Shown one piece after another: positions 39,591 to 52,185 of a stretch of 64,000 bases of DNA. The position numbers and the translations under genes were made by a program. The notes beneath the pieces are model-generated. The model had not been told where the DNA came from, ran no database searches, and saw only the letters and a list, made by a program, of their open reading frames with translations. The stretch spans positions 207,390,001-207,454,000 of the forward strand of contig OX597815.1 of assembly GCA_951406725.2 (NCBI GenBank). Direction: 5' to 3'. The stretch's first letter is position 1, and the number at the start of each line of letters is the position of its first letter. This DNA is from Octopus vulgaris. Taxonomy: Eukaryota.

Positions 39591-40412
39591 TGTTCTGCAA
39601 GTTGCGGTCCAGGACGCATGAAACGAAGTGTAGTATGCACAACTAAAATGTCAGATGGTCGTCATTTACCTATAAAGGAACATATGTGTAGATCGAACAA
39701 ACCAGAAACTGCAAAACCTTGTTATACGAAGGCGTGTAAAGTTGATGCTAAATATATTCCCTTAATTCGCTCAGAAAATCTTACCTTTATTCAATTAAAG
39801 CAGGTTCCATCTATAAACGTAAGAGTCGGATCGAACGCTATCATTATTCCAAAGACGCGAGTTACAATAAGATGTCCAGTAAAAAACTTCCCACCACATA
39901 TAGTTAACTGGAAAAAGAACGACTATATTTTACCATTATATGGTCGTGTACGTAAATCTATGAAAGGAGCTTTGAAAATTCGTTATTCGATAGCAGAAAG
40001 AGATGCAGGAACTTACACATGTTTTGCAGGTTCTCTACAAGCCAACTCTTCAATTCAGTTCCAGACGTTGAAGAAAGCTCAAAAAATCGCTTCAGCTTTT
40101 AACTCCGCCGATGAGGATTTACAGACTAATGTGAAGAAAAATTACAAAATGTCTCCCGGAATTATAGCTGATGCGAGTGGAACTCGGCACAAAAAAGTTC
40201 AGTTTTTGACCAAAAAATGGTCTCCCTGTACCGTTTCATGTGGCTCTGGTACACAGATGAGAGAAGTGGACTGTGCAATAAAAACTGATAGTTATTTAAA
40301 GTTGTACCCAGATTCAGAATGTTTGAGAGCTGGTTTACAGAAACCTGGAACTGTTCAAAAATGTGTAGAAATGCATCAATGTCCAACATGGAAAATTGAT
40401 AACTGGACAAAT
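39591..40412 (+). CDS. ADAMTSL1: ADAMTS-like exon C: TSP1 + Ig (I-set) domain + linker + TSP1 (274 codons)
   Basis: catttcatAG acceptor. CSASCGPGRMKRSVVC...FIQLKQ...VGSNAIIIPKTRVTIRCPV...IVNWKK...LKIRYSIAERDAGTYTCFAG...WSPCTVSCGSGTQMREVDC...CPTWKIDNWTN. Donor AAT|GTGAGT. The Ig and its lead-in resemble, from recall, the first Ig of ADAMTSL1/ADAMTSL3; the paralog cannot be resolved. Confidence 0.95.
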
Positions 40413-41787
40413 GTGAGTACATTTTAAAACACATTTTTCATCTTATTAATTGCTATGTCAATCCTTCTTTTCTTTGTCTCAGTTTTTCTTGTGTGAAATC
40501 ACGAATATGCATTATCTCCTATTCTGATTCACAAACGAATCGCAATTACTTTTCAGTATTTTAGTTCATTGTCTAAGCCCCTTAAATTCATTTTTGCCAT
40601 GGAAAACACATGGTACAACAACATTCTCATGCTTCGGTAAGCCGTAACAGCAAAACAAATCAAATTTCTGGCCCATTGACGTGATTCTCGCTCGCTCGGC
40701 CTTTTCCACCGTTACTACATGGCTTTTGCTTCTCAAAGTTGGTTGGTCTCGTCATCTCCACTCAAGCATTCCCAACTTATTCGTCTTACCTTTTCCTGCC
40801 AGTGAGATCTTGTCCAGTGCCATCCAATTACCTGTGCTAATCCCTAAGCTGATTCTACCACCCCAGAACATTGGCTGTTCGGAATTTCCTCCTTCCTGTT
40901 TATTCAACAGCTGTGGGTTTTCAAGAAGAAATGTTCACTACGCCGATCTCTTCCCATCTCGTTGAGCTTGAAAAGATCATATTAACAATTTCTTCCTCTT
41001 AACCAAAAGAATGAAAGCATCTAAACCATCTTCAACCCCGATATTTCGGTTGTAAAGATTTCTACCATGGTGCCAACTCGGAAGCATTTGTCTCACATTT
41101 CACTTATTCGCAATCATTGTATTGCATTTATGAAGACTCGCTGCCTCATCCACACCGTCTTTGAATATCTTTCATTTGTGAAGATTTTAAAGACAAGCTG
41201 CTGTGTATATTAAACCATATTCATTAATATATAACAGAAGTCAATAAATATATTGGTAAACAAAAATTCACTAATAACCTTCAATCCAAACTGTTCAGAT
41301 CGGGTAGGATTTATTTGTGAATTCTAACTCTAAGCAATTCACTTTACCTTGGCTGTCAGAATTTAAGTCTTCAATGGGTACTACTCATATGCGTAGCATA
41401 AAATCTCTCCATGAAAAAAATTTGCTCCTGGTTTCAGTTCGGTTTGCCTTCAGCCATCAGAACTCGACGGAATCGGGATTAGTCCTACTCAATGTAATTG
41501 AACCCGGGCATAGCACTAGGAAATAGCTACATGTTTTTTTAGATTGGTTTACTTTTTGGTTGTGTATTTTACTTTCTCAGAATTATGATATAAAACGAAA
41601 CGAGAAACCGGTCTTCTGAGATGCAATAATTAGATGTTTGTATTTTGCGAAAGCCGTTAAAAAAATATTCTGCAAGAAATATTTCATCTCAATGTTCACA
41701 CACACACACACACACACAAACACACGAATTAAATTCGATTTTATAGCCATGACATTTAAGCTAAATTTAATTTTTACACGATTTCAG

Positions 41788-41970
41788 TGCACAGCGCAAC
41801 ACTGTATTCGGGATGGAATTTCCATGATAACCCGCCAAGTTGACTGTATATTCTCCAATGGCACTGTTGCTAAACCATCAGCTTGTCATGGGGAACTGGT
41901 TCCAGAACATCGTCGTATTTGTGGAAATAATAAATGCATTTCCTTGTGGCGTACTTCAAAATGGACTGGG
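41788..41970 (+). CDS. ADAMTSL1: ADAMTS-like exon D, TSP1 repeat
   Basis: atttcAG acceptor. CTAQHCIRDGISMITRQVDCIFSNGTVAKPSACHGELVPEHRRICGNNKCISLWRTSKWTG (61 codons). Donor GGG|GTAAGA. Confidence 0.93.
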
Positions 41971-42759
41971 GTAAGAAAACTAGAGATTTTCTTTCCTTTT
42001 TAATCTTAATTTTGTATATTAGTAATATAAAGCATTTCAATATGTAATTCACGTCCTGGGTTCTGGTGTTTTGATCCGGTGACTCAGCATGTTTTGAAAC
42101 GATTCAGTTATGTGTTGTTAAATAAAATGAAATTGGCATACCTTTTATAAACGTCAGTTATATATATCTGTTTTGACTTATATAGGTATGTGTGTGTGTA
42201 TTATGCATGTGTGTATGTATGTATGTATGTATGTATGTATGTATGTATGTATGTATGTATGTATATATGTATGTGTGTGTATTATGTATGTATGTATGTA
42301 TGTATGCATGCATGTATTTTGTTGAGATATTGTTTTGTCTTATTTTGATACAAAACTAAATTAGTTTCCTATATACGAATTGACAGAAAAAAATACGGTG
42401 CTTCGTACAAAATTTCCCAGCGTGTCTATAATACATAACAAAATCTTTACATTTCAATGAATTAAACTCGTTTGAATTAATACGTTATGAAGTTAATCTT
42501 GACACAGGTGCCATTTTAATACGAAGTTAGTTCATAATCCATTCTAATGTAGGCACAAACAATTTGTCCAGCCTACCAACGACCCAAACACCTCAAACGC
42601 TTACTAAGTGAAATTATAATAGTATGTATAATAATATATATGGTATATAGTGTACATATAGCAGATACAATAATATTTATAATAGTACGTAGAGTGTATG
42701 TATAGTTTATATCTATAACGGTATATATAACGTATATATGGTATATGTAATGTCTAAAT

Positions 42760-42920
42760 GCTATATATATATATATACATATACAGAGTACATATGATAA
42801 TATTTTTAATAGAAAATATAGTGTATATATGGTATATGTAATGTCTAAATGCTATATATATATATATATATGTATACAGAGTACATATGATAATATTTTT
42901 AATAGTAAATATAGTGTATA
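42760..42920. repeat. AT-rich tandem duplication of about 80 bp
   Basis: GGTATATGTAATGTCTAAATGCTATATA...ACAGAGTACATATGATAATATTTTTAATAG occurs twice. Confidence 0.8.
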
Positions 42921-43030
42921 TATAGCATATATAATAAAACTTATATAGTATGTATGGTGTATAGATAGTATGTTTATCTATAATGATATTTATAATACTG
43001 TGTTTCTGATTTCATTTCACACAACTTTAG

Positions 43031-43178
43031 TGTCGACCATACTGCGGTCCAACCAGATACAAATATAGAATCTTGTCGTGTATATGGAAACACTCAAAGA
43101 AACCCGCTGGAATTAACTGCAAGAGGAAGCAGAGGCCTCATGCCCGAGTTGCTTGCGAAAGCAGCTCTTGTATTAATG
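43031..43178 (+). CDS. ADAMTSL1: ADAMTS-like exon E, last TSP1 repeat before the expected PLAC domain
   Basis: caactttAG acceptor. CRPYCGPTRYKYRILSCIWKHSKKPAGINCKRKQRPHARVACESSSCIN. Donor AAT G|GTAAGT, phase 1. Confidence 0.92.
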
Positions 43179-43606
43179 GTAAGTACAATATATATTCACA
43201 CTTCAATTCTTTACTTTATATACACGGCCAGTGCTGTAACCCTGTTGAGATAACTGTCAGAAAGTGTTTCTAATTGAATTTCAAAAATCAATCAGTATGA
43301 TTTCAATGTTGATTATATGAATATATGTCTCATTGTCGATTTGGTGAATATATATGATTAATGTCGAAATTCAAGTCTTATATGAGCTCTTTTTTCTTTT
43401 AGTTTTAGTTTTAGATATACCTACTTCCCGTTGTTAACGTAACTGTTTTAAATATTTCAACGAAGTGGAATTTACATTCTACTATTTAGAAACAATATTT
43501 TAGAGGTAGGGGTCTGCATCTGACAACATTCACTTTAGGTCAAATAATGTTACGTTGTAGTATAGTTTATGTAGCTTATGTAGTGCTTATGTATGTTTGT
43601 AGGTTA

Positions 43607-43815
43607 CGGTGAGCTGGCAGAATCGTTAGGACGCCGGACAAATGCTTTGTAGCATTTCTTGTGACTTTATTTTCGAAGTTCAAGTTTCGTCAAGTTAGAC
43701 TTCGTCTCTCATCTTTTCAGAGTCAATAAAATAAGTACCAGTTGAACACTGGGGTCGGTGTAATTGACTAGCCCCTCCTCCAAAATTCCAGGTCTTGTGC
43801 CTACTGTAGAAAGAA
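43607..43815 (+). mobile_element. SINE B
   Basis: CGGTGAGCTGGCAGAATCGTTAG...AATAAAATAAGTACCAGTTGA. Confidence 0.8.
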
Positions 43816-46098
43816 TCGTATTGACATACTCTAATTTAATTATCGAATATTTGCAGTTGATAATACTTTATAGGCATAAATTACATCATCTATATTTTCG
43901 CAAGTAAGTTTTTTCTCTTGTATTTTTATGCAGGGCAACGACTTAAATATTTAAAGTCTAACATTGAAGAATCACACTCGGAATGCAGTTGTAGTCCAGA
44001 AAACATAACTTAGATATTTTAAGAAAATCTTTCGAATCCGATTTTGTTCGTTCTTCGATTACATATATGGAAAGAGCATGATGTCTTGCAAACAACTTGC
44101 ACATGCAAGTGCTACCAGTTAAAAGCTCCGTATATCGGAAGCTAGCAAGTGTATGGGGTCATCAGGAGAGAATGCGCGCCGTTTCGGGGCCTACCTCTCG
44201 ACGGCATCAATGCGCACCGGCCCCACCTCACTGATATGAGGCCCCGTTTGCTAGATCAGCTGGTTATGAAGAACTCAATATACTTCTAGCCATCGCTCAT
44301 CGTCTCTTTTTAACCAAATCCAGTGGCTAGCCTTCTCCATTGTAGATTGGATATCAGTCATGGTAAATGTGACACATTCATTAATACCTGTTACAGCCAT
44401 AGAGCATTATATTCATACTTCGTTGAAAGATCACAACGAACTGAACTGCCCAATATCTTTCATTTAATTATTTTATAAAATATTGATTTAGAGAAATTAC
44501 TTATCTTTGAAACCATAATAAATTATTAAAATATGGGTTGATTGAAACATCTTTCATAAATTATTTTGCTTTCAGACAATGTTCTGGATATATTAAATAG
44601 GTTTCAAACACGAGGGGCATATTACGATATAACTTTAATGGATATTCCATGACATTTCGCTTCACCTCGAAACTAGCATTTTAAATACTATTGAATGGTT
44701 TACTTTTAATAATAATAAGCTTCTGAGCAAAAACAGTATTTTTCAAAGTTCTTCACTATCAAGTCTTACCTTTGTTTTTAGAGCTGCCGAACAAGGTAAT
44801 TCTGTATAACTTTTAACTTGTTCCCAGAATACACCTTTACAAATAGAAATATCTAGGATAGCGTATCTATATCGATTACTGGCACTCTAAAACGCATTCA
44901 AAAGAAAACCATACAATTGATCGATAACATTTTGTTTTACTAGAGATCGTCAGGATTTATCTTTATCTAACTGTTTATAAAATCTTGTCTCCATCAGGAA
45001 ACCAAGCTTTCCACGCTTCTGAAGTTTTTTGTCATTCGAGCTGCAAATACTTCTGTAAAACTTACTTAAATGTTATAGACTGTTCTTCATGGTTAAAACT
45101 GCTAAGCTATAGTATACGCAATGCATTGTTATGTAGTACTAATCTTTAGAACGAAACAAAAGTAACCTGTTATTAATTAACGTATGTATATAAAAAATAA
45201 TGTTCAGAATTTTTTTACAGATTGTACCAGAAATACTCGAGCAAATTTTCCCACCTGTCTCATATTAAAATAGTTCAATCTTAATGAGTATTGTATTTAT
45301 ACACTAACACGCAGAGATGCACACACACATACATACACACACACACGCATACACACGCTCACACTCACATGCACACAAGGAAATACACACACGCATGCAC
45401 ACTAATACACATGACTATATACGCATATATATATATATATAAATACACACATAACCCTATGACCTTAATGTGAAACGATTAGACAACAATTCCGTTGAAT
45501 TGATTACATTCGAGTTAACTATGCTGGCTATAATGTCGTCCATTGGAGCACTCTTGTCTTTATTTTCAGCTAATAATACAGGTTTTCGTTCCACTGCTCA
45601 GAATGTTTGGAACGACTTCATGGTAGAAACCGAAACCCGATTTTCTTTCTTGACATTTAGCTGTGCTGTCATAGCTAGTGCAGTAAGTCGTCTCTTCCGC
45701 TTGCTTGTACTGTTATGTATTGGTCAATTTCCTGTTCCATCCTTTTCTTTTTTTTTTCTTATTTTGTTTCTGTTCCTCAGATATCTTCCCTTTGTCTGTT
45801 CTATGTTCTGTTGCAAATATTTGTACATTTCTGTGACTCATGCTTTGCGATGTTCGTTCCGGTTTAATATAACCCACATCCTGGTCCTATGTTACATTTA
45901 TGTTTGTACAGCTGGTCACATGACGTCTTCGTGGTTACCCTTGGCATAGAGCCAATTGCATTGATGGTCGTCTAATCATGAAACGTTGTCCGAAAATTAA
46001 CACTAATACTCACCGCATCTAACTATGTTTCTATGTTGCAATATATGAATATATGAATGTATATATATATATGTGTGTGTTTGCGCGTGTATGTGTGT

Positions 46099-46153
<55 letters not shown>

Positions 46154-46372
46154 GAAACACCCGTTCTTGTATGCAAATACGAATGTATGCGAATATGAAT
46201 TTGTATGCGAATATGAATAAGTAATCACTGTTGTAAAACTTGTTTTTAAAAATATAAACGTTTGGCAAGCTAAAATTAGTAATTTCATTATTAAGATGTA
46301 TATTTTCTTAAGCTATCTCATTCGATCAAATCATTAGTTAGAGAACTTCAGAAATTATATGGTCAATTGTAG

Positions 46373-46432
<60 letters not shown>

Positions 46433-48853
46433 GCAGAAAAACAAAATCTAGTCAGGTCTAAAAAAAAGTAGACACCAAATTGCTATCAGTACACACCAAG
46501 AAAGCTAGTCTAGGAAACGTTATTATTCTAATTATATTCATTATTTCATGAAAAATTACTTCATTCGAAACTAGTCATCGCAAAAGTTATAGCAACATAC
46601 AATTTCATATACATAGAATATATATTTATATAAGCATAATAACATTTGCATCACTCTAACATATATATATATATATGATTAATTTTAAATTTAATATTCA
46701 TTGATGTTCGTTGATTGTAACGAATAATTGTCGAATGGTAGTTATTAAAAATGTCTCGAACTTATTGCACTTCCGAATTTTTCGAATAATTAGAGCTAAA
46801 ACTAAAACTCAAATATATTAAATTGACATTCAATAAATTTAGCAAACGTCTCCAATTGTAGGAAATATAATTATATAAAATATTAGAGGTAAATTACATT
46901 ATTGATAACAACAAAAGTTTATCAAATTATAAAAATGTATATGTGTATAAGCAAGCGTCCACAGTTAGGTATGAATAAAACTATGCTCAATTCACGTCTG
47001 AAATCCAAATCTCATTATAACACGAGATTTTACAAGACAATAACCTTTATTCATATTTACCCCTAAAAACTTCCATTTCAAAAATTAGTGATAGCTATGA
47101 ATAAGTAGCTTTAAACAGAGATGTCGTTTCTTTATAGTATCTTAAGACAGAAGCTAGATATATTTACTAGTAACTTTGTTACCAATTGATGCAAAGAGCC
47201 AAATACTTTAAGATTTGCTTACGTTATTCTGATTTTTTATGAGATTCAAAACGGCCTCATAATATAATCAACACTAAAGATGTACTATGTCTGGGTTTAA
47301 GTTACCTTGATACATACCATCTATATCAGAGAATGTTTAATGGAATTTCTCGTTGTGATCGTTAATTAATGAACCAGAATTTCATGGGATGGCAAAGTAT
47401 AAAGAAACATTGTATTTTGAGAGAAATCCAGCAGCACAAATCTTACATTTACAATCATTTTCTATTAAGTAAAATGAAAGATAGAAAACTTCAAATGACG
47501 ATGAAGAACTTATAGAACTGCTCAAGCATGGAACCATGGAACTTTTTTGCCAATATTAAATCCCCACCAAGTTTGTTAAACTGTTCCAATAGATGTGGGG
47601 AACAATTGATAACTAGAGCTATTGATTGTTCGATTCAACATTACAATCGCTTCTAGATTTTTGAAAAGAATCCTCGGGTAAAGCAATTAACGGTAAAATA
47701 TGTAGTATGACTGTTTTATCATGTAGTGCATATTTCAAGTCTGTTAAACAATTCTGCGGATATGACGTTAGTTTTATTTTTCTATCAAACATTTACTATT
47801 TTTGCTTCGCATATATAGGTCCTTAGACTCACATCATATCGTGGCAACAGTAAATGGCTGGCTTTCAGTTTGAATTCATTGAAACTGTTAACATTTTGCT
47901 ACTGTGTGTACAATAAATTAGGTGTCTAACACTTTTCTTAATCTCCTATAGAATAGCCAAAGTAGTATGTGTAGACATATCTAATTTTCAATGCTGTATT
48001 TATGTTTCTCTGTTGTTAAAAACGTTGTACATTCCCTTATACATAGTAAAAACTATCAGAGAGGTTTCACACGAGGGAAATAGATATTTACTCGTTGACG
48101 CCATACTAAACGAATACAATTCATAAAAAGTATCTTGAGTGCAAATAAGATGCACTACATTCCTTGTACAAACAAACTATACAGCCCCCTTAACCTAATT
48201 CAAATATATTAATGAGTAGTCTAGCGGGAGGAGCCACTCGACGTCTGATTGGCCAGGCAGTAGAACCATTCAGCTACACTATTGTCCAATCGTGACCTCC
48301 TTTATTTGACAAAAGAAGAATGCTACGGTGCAATTTTTATAGCTGAATTATTTTGGATCTATTTTATAAGGAGTTTACGGCTAAATGCTCAAAGATACAA
48401 GATAAGTTTTGACAAAATCTAGGCGTAACAGAAAATTTTAGTCAGCATAATTAAAATCAATGTACTGAGATTACTAAGAAACACCTCCAAATATCCCAAC
48501 ATGAAGCATATTCATTGAATAGGGTAAAAGAAAATAGATGTTTTTCAGAAATGCTTTTAAATACAGCAATACAATATTATAACGTAGGTGTACGTTGTAC
48601 AGATGTACACACAACAGTTTGAGAGTTTGCCTCTAATTAAATATGTATCTAATAAGCATGTGTATTATACCGAACGCTACAGATAGTAAAACGAAAATAC
48701 TGTGATGGACATTACTATGATCTAAAGGCAATTAGATAACAAGAACCAATTCAAATTTAATTTCAAAATATAACATCAAAAATAAAGAGCAACCAATATG
48801 TTTAAGTCAACCCGAACACTACTTAATTTCATACGAATGCAATCACTTACACT

Positions 48854-48854
<1 letters not shown>

Positions 48855-48936
<82 letters not shown>

Positions 48937-49041
48937 CTTTCTTTTATTAGCCACACAGAGCTGAATACAGAGGGGACAAATACAAATGCAGAGCTTTTCT
49001 TTTCGAGGGTGGAAAAAAAAGAAGATAGATAGATAGATACT

Positions 49042-49136
<95 letters not shown>
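48855..49136. repeat. (AGAT)n microsatellite interrupted by an insert of about 90 bp
   Basis: Direct inspection. Confidence 0.9.
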
Positions 49137-51464
49137 TAAATTTTCTTAATTCAAGTATTACCGATACCACATACTTAACATGTGTGAAGTGTTTAAATGC
49201 CATGAACTACTTTATCGTCCGAGGAAAATATTTTGGCGATTTGATCTCATATATGTTTTGCTTAAATTGCCAGTATAACACATCAAATTATACAGGGTAA
49301 GATCAAGAATTGCTAAAATTTCGACATACATGGAAGCGAACGGGGCTACCCGAAAGAAAATTTGAGATGCTTATAGATTTAAACAACTTTCTTCGTTCTG
49401 GATTATTTCCTTTAATCAAATCAATCACCTCAATATAGGGTCGTATAGTTTTACAAACAAATATATGTGCATGTGTATATATGTGTATACTGTCATATGT
49501 TAGTATGTCTGAGAGGATAAGAGATTGTGTGAATGATTATTGTTTTCCTTTATGTTAAAGCCGCTTCATTATGTTTACCGTTTATTATAAATATTTATGT
49601 TAATTTTAATTTTAATTTTCTTTCCAAGCTTTTGTTGTCCGTATTTGTTATGCTAAATGTTACATGTCGCATATCGGGTTCAAGATCTCAAAAACGTATT
49701 TCTCTCATCTTGTGGCAACAATTATTGTTCATATGAGTGCGTTTCTTTACAGAATTGAAAAAATGCCATGCATATATCAATGGGATGTAGTTAAGTTACC
49801 TCTGAGGTAGGAAAAGAAAGAATGCATATTCTGCATGCAACTTGAAAGGGATTTTTGAGAAATGAAAAGACTAGCAATCATCACTTGAAAAAATTTGGCA
49901 AGATTCGATAATAGAAACAAAATATAGTAATATATTACTATAATCTACTGCTGGATTATGTTGTAAAACGTATTACAGTAACAGAAACTTTTTATTTAGT
50001 TTGATCATACTTGGCTGGTTTCCCGGTCAAGCGTATCCTTTTATGAAGTCAGTACTATATGTTAAAAATACGTTCATTAGCCATTCAACACCTTCGCTTC
50101 TTATGTAAAACCAAGTGAATACGGTTACTGTGAGTTAGGTGAAGTGACGTTTGACACAGATTCGGTGAGAGAACATAAACAGCCGACTCTTAAACTGTTA
50201 AACGACATCCTCTTAACTCACTCACCTAGTAGAAAAGATTTGGTGAAATGTCAAAATATTATTTTCAAGTAGAATATTGACATTTTATGCAATATATTTA
50301 TTAGGGTAAAATTCTTTCCTTATCGAGATAATTCTAAAATGTCTCACAGCAAAACCTACTTGTGCACAAACGAAGAGAATACTGCTTGTCAACACAGATG
50401 AAATGTTAAATTGTCATGAGGGGGTATGCCTCTGCAATCATAAAGTTTTCAAAACGAGCATCGGAAAAGTACAGCTTTCAGACTCTTCTATCTTCATTCG
50501 GTCTCCACACCTTGACTCTGTGCTCTTTTGCCGAGATTATCTCCGATAACTTTGTCAATTTTAACCGCCATTGATCAATCAAAATATAGTAAGCAAAAGT
50601 ATAGTCTCTTTGTCTTCGATAATAGCCAAATACTGGAGACGATTATATGGATGGCATTTTTCTCCCAAACTGTTTCGGAATTGTGCCCACGTAAGAAATG
50701 ATTGTTATAAGAGCGGTTGATATCAGTCTATAAAGTAAAAGACAACATGCACCACCGCACTTAATTAGATCCATTTGCGTTCTGATTGCAAATCACAATT
50801 GGATAAAATGTAACTTTTAGCCTACTGAAGTGGATAAAACCAGTGCCTGTAATATACTGAGGTTCATTTGGGTTGCTTAGATCCTTTCATAAATGTCTGC
50901 CATTTCACTAATGTAATAAGTTATTCCATCGTATAGTAAAACATTGTAATGCTGGGAAACTATGGACAGCAGGCGTTAGCAAAATGTAAGATATTTAATC
51001 AAAATAATGGAATATGTTGTTTTGTAACTTGAGAAAAGAGAGAAATCTACCGCTTCGGACCCATGTTCTTGGGAGAAAGAAAGAGTGAAAAGAGAAAGAG
51101 AGGTTTTAACACTAAACTGTAAAACTGCGAAGAAAATAATTTCTTACACAGGTATGCGAGAATACTCGATTCAACGATATTAGTGTTTGGTCGGTTCTAT
51201 ATAACACAACGCATTTCCGCTGCCGTTTTAATTATTCAAACCATCCACCATTCTTAAAAGAATATGATAATTGTTTCTATGTCAAGCATGAGACAATAAA
51301 TTCGATGGCAGAAGCAAAGCTAATTGTACCAAGCCCAGTACCTGGTGGGTACTCATTTTATTGACTTTGGAAGTACGAAAGCAAAAATCGAGAAACTCAT
51401 GGTTATTACTCAGAATGTAACAGTTGTCATTTTATGTGATAAACAGCAGTCATTGGCATAATGA

Positions 51465-51660
51465 ATGGATTGGCAGAAACATTAAGAGCGTCGAAGGAAT
51501 TACCTTGTAGTAATATAGGGACGACCATTTTCATTCTGAGTTCAAACCCTGCGCAAATTACATTTGCTTTTCGTCCCCCATGAACTTGATAAAATAAAGC
51601 ACTGGGATCGAAATAATCGATTAATACCCTCCTCCGAATTTCGGATCGTGCTTGTATGTT
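51465..51660 (+). mobile_element. Degenerate SINE B
   Basis: TTGGCAGAAAC.TTA...TTCTGAGTTCAAA...GATAAAATAA. Confidence 0.6.
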
Positions 51661-51671
51661 AGAAGTGATAT

Positions 51672-51975
51672 TGTTTGTTCCTTCTCAATCCATGCCTGGC
51701 TCATAGGGCCGGTTTCCCGGTATCCTTGGCGTATAGGTTCCCTACCTGCACGGGACGCCGGTCCGTCGCAGGTGAGCTGCAAGATGCAGGAGGAAAGAGT
51801 GAGAGAAAGTTGTGGTGAAAGAGTCAGCAGAAGTTCGCCATTACCTTCTGCCGGAGCCGCGTGGAGCTTAGGTGTTTCACTCATAAACACACACATCGCC
51901 CGGTCTGAGATTCGAACCCGCGATCCCTCGACCGCGAGTCCGCTGCTCTAATCACTAGGCCATGTGTCTCCACAC
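51672..51975 (-). mobile_element. SINE C2 with 12-bp TSD
   Basis: Homologous to 21177-21479; TSD TAGAAGTGATAT at 51660-51671 and 51976-51987. Confidence 0.9.
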
Positions 51976-52114
51976 TAGAAGTGATATGTATAATGAAAAT
52001 CTTTGATACTGAAATGTCTTTTCCTTCGCCTGCGATCAGAGAAAGCAACGGTAAGAAGAAGAAAATTTGGTTTTTCTACTTCTTTGTGTGAATCAAGCAA
52101 AGCAAAGTAGCGAG

Positions 52115-52185
<71 letters not shown>

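Noticed and set aside
44150-44250. HDV-like ribozyme fit (GCC-TACCTCTCGAC-GGC resembling P3/L3)
   Set aside because: L3 too long, P3' not adjacent to P1', no C-N-R-A J4/2.
45221-45273. Phase-1 acceptor giving DCTRNTRANFPTCLILK* as a candidate PLAC exon
   Set aside because: Lacks the PLAC cysteine pattern (CxD...C...C...CCxxC) and stops early. Acceptor-like sites near 44576, 49752 and 60029 fail likewise.
45470-45949. 159-aa hydrophobic ORF
   Set aside because: T-rich compositional ORF with a GTG start and no motif or splice support; probably a decayed repeat.
50400-50770. Very old mariner-like fragments (also about 40960-41280, 47440-47650, 60380-60460)
   Set aside because: Too degenerate to establish motifs or boundaries by eye.
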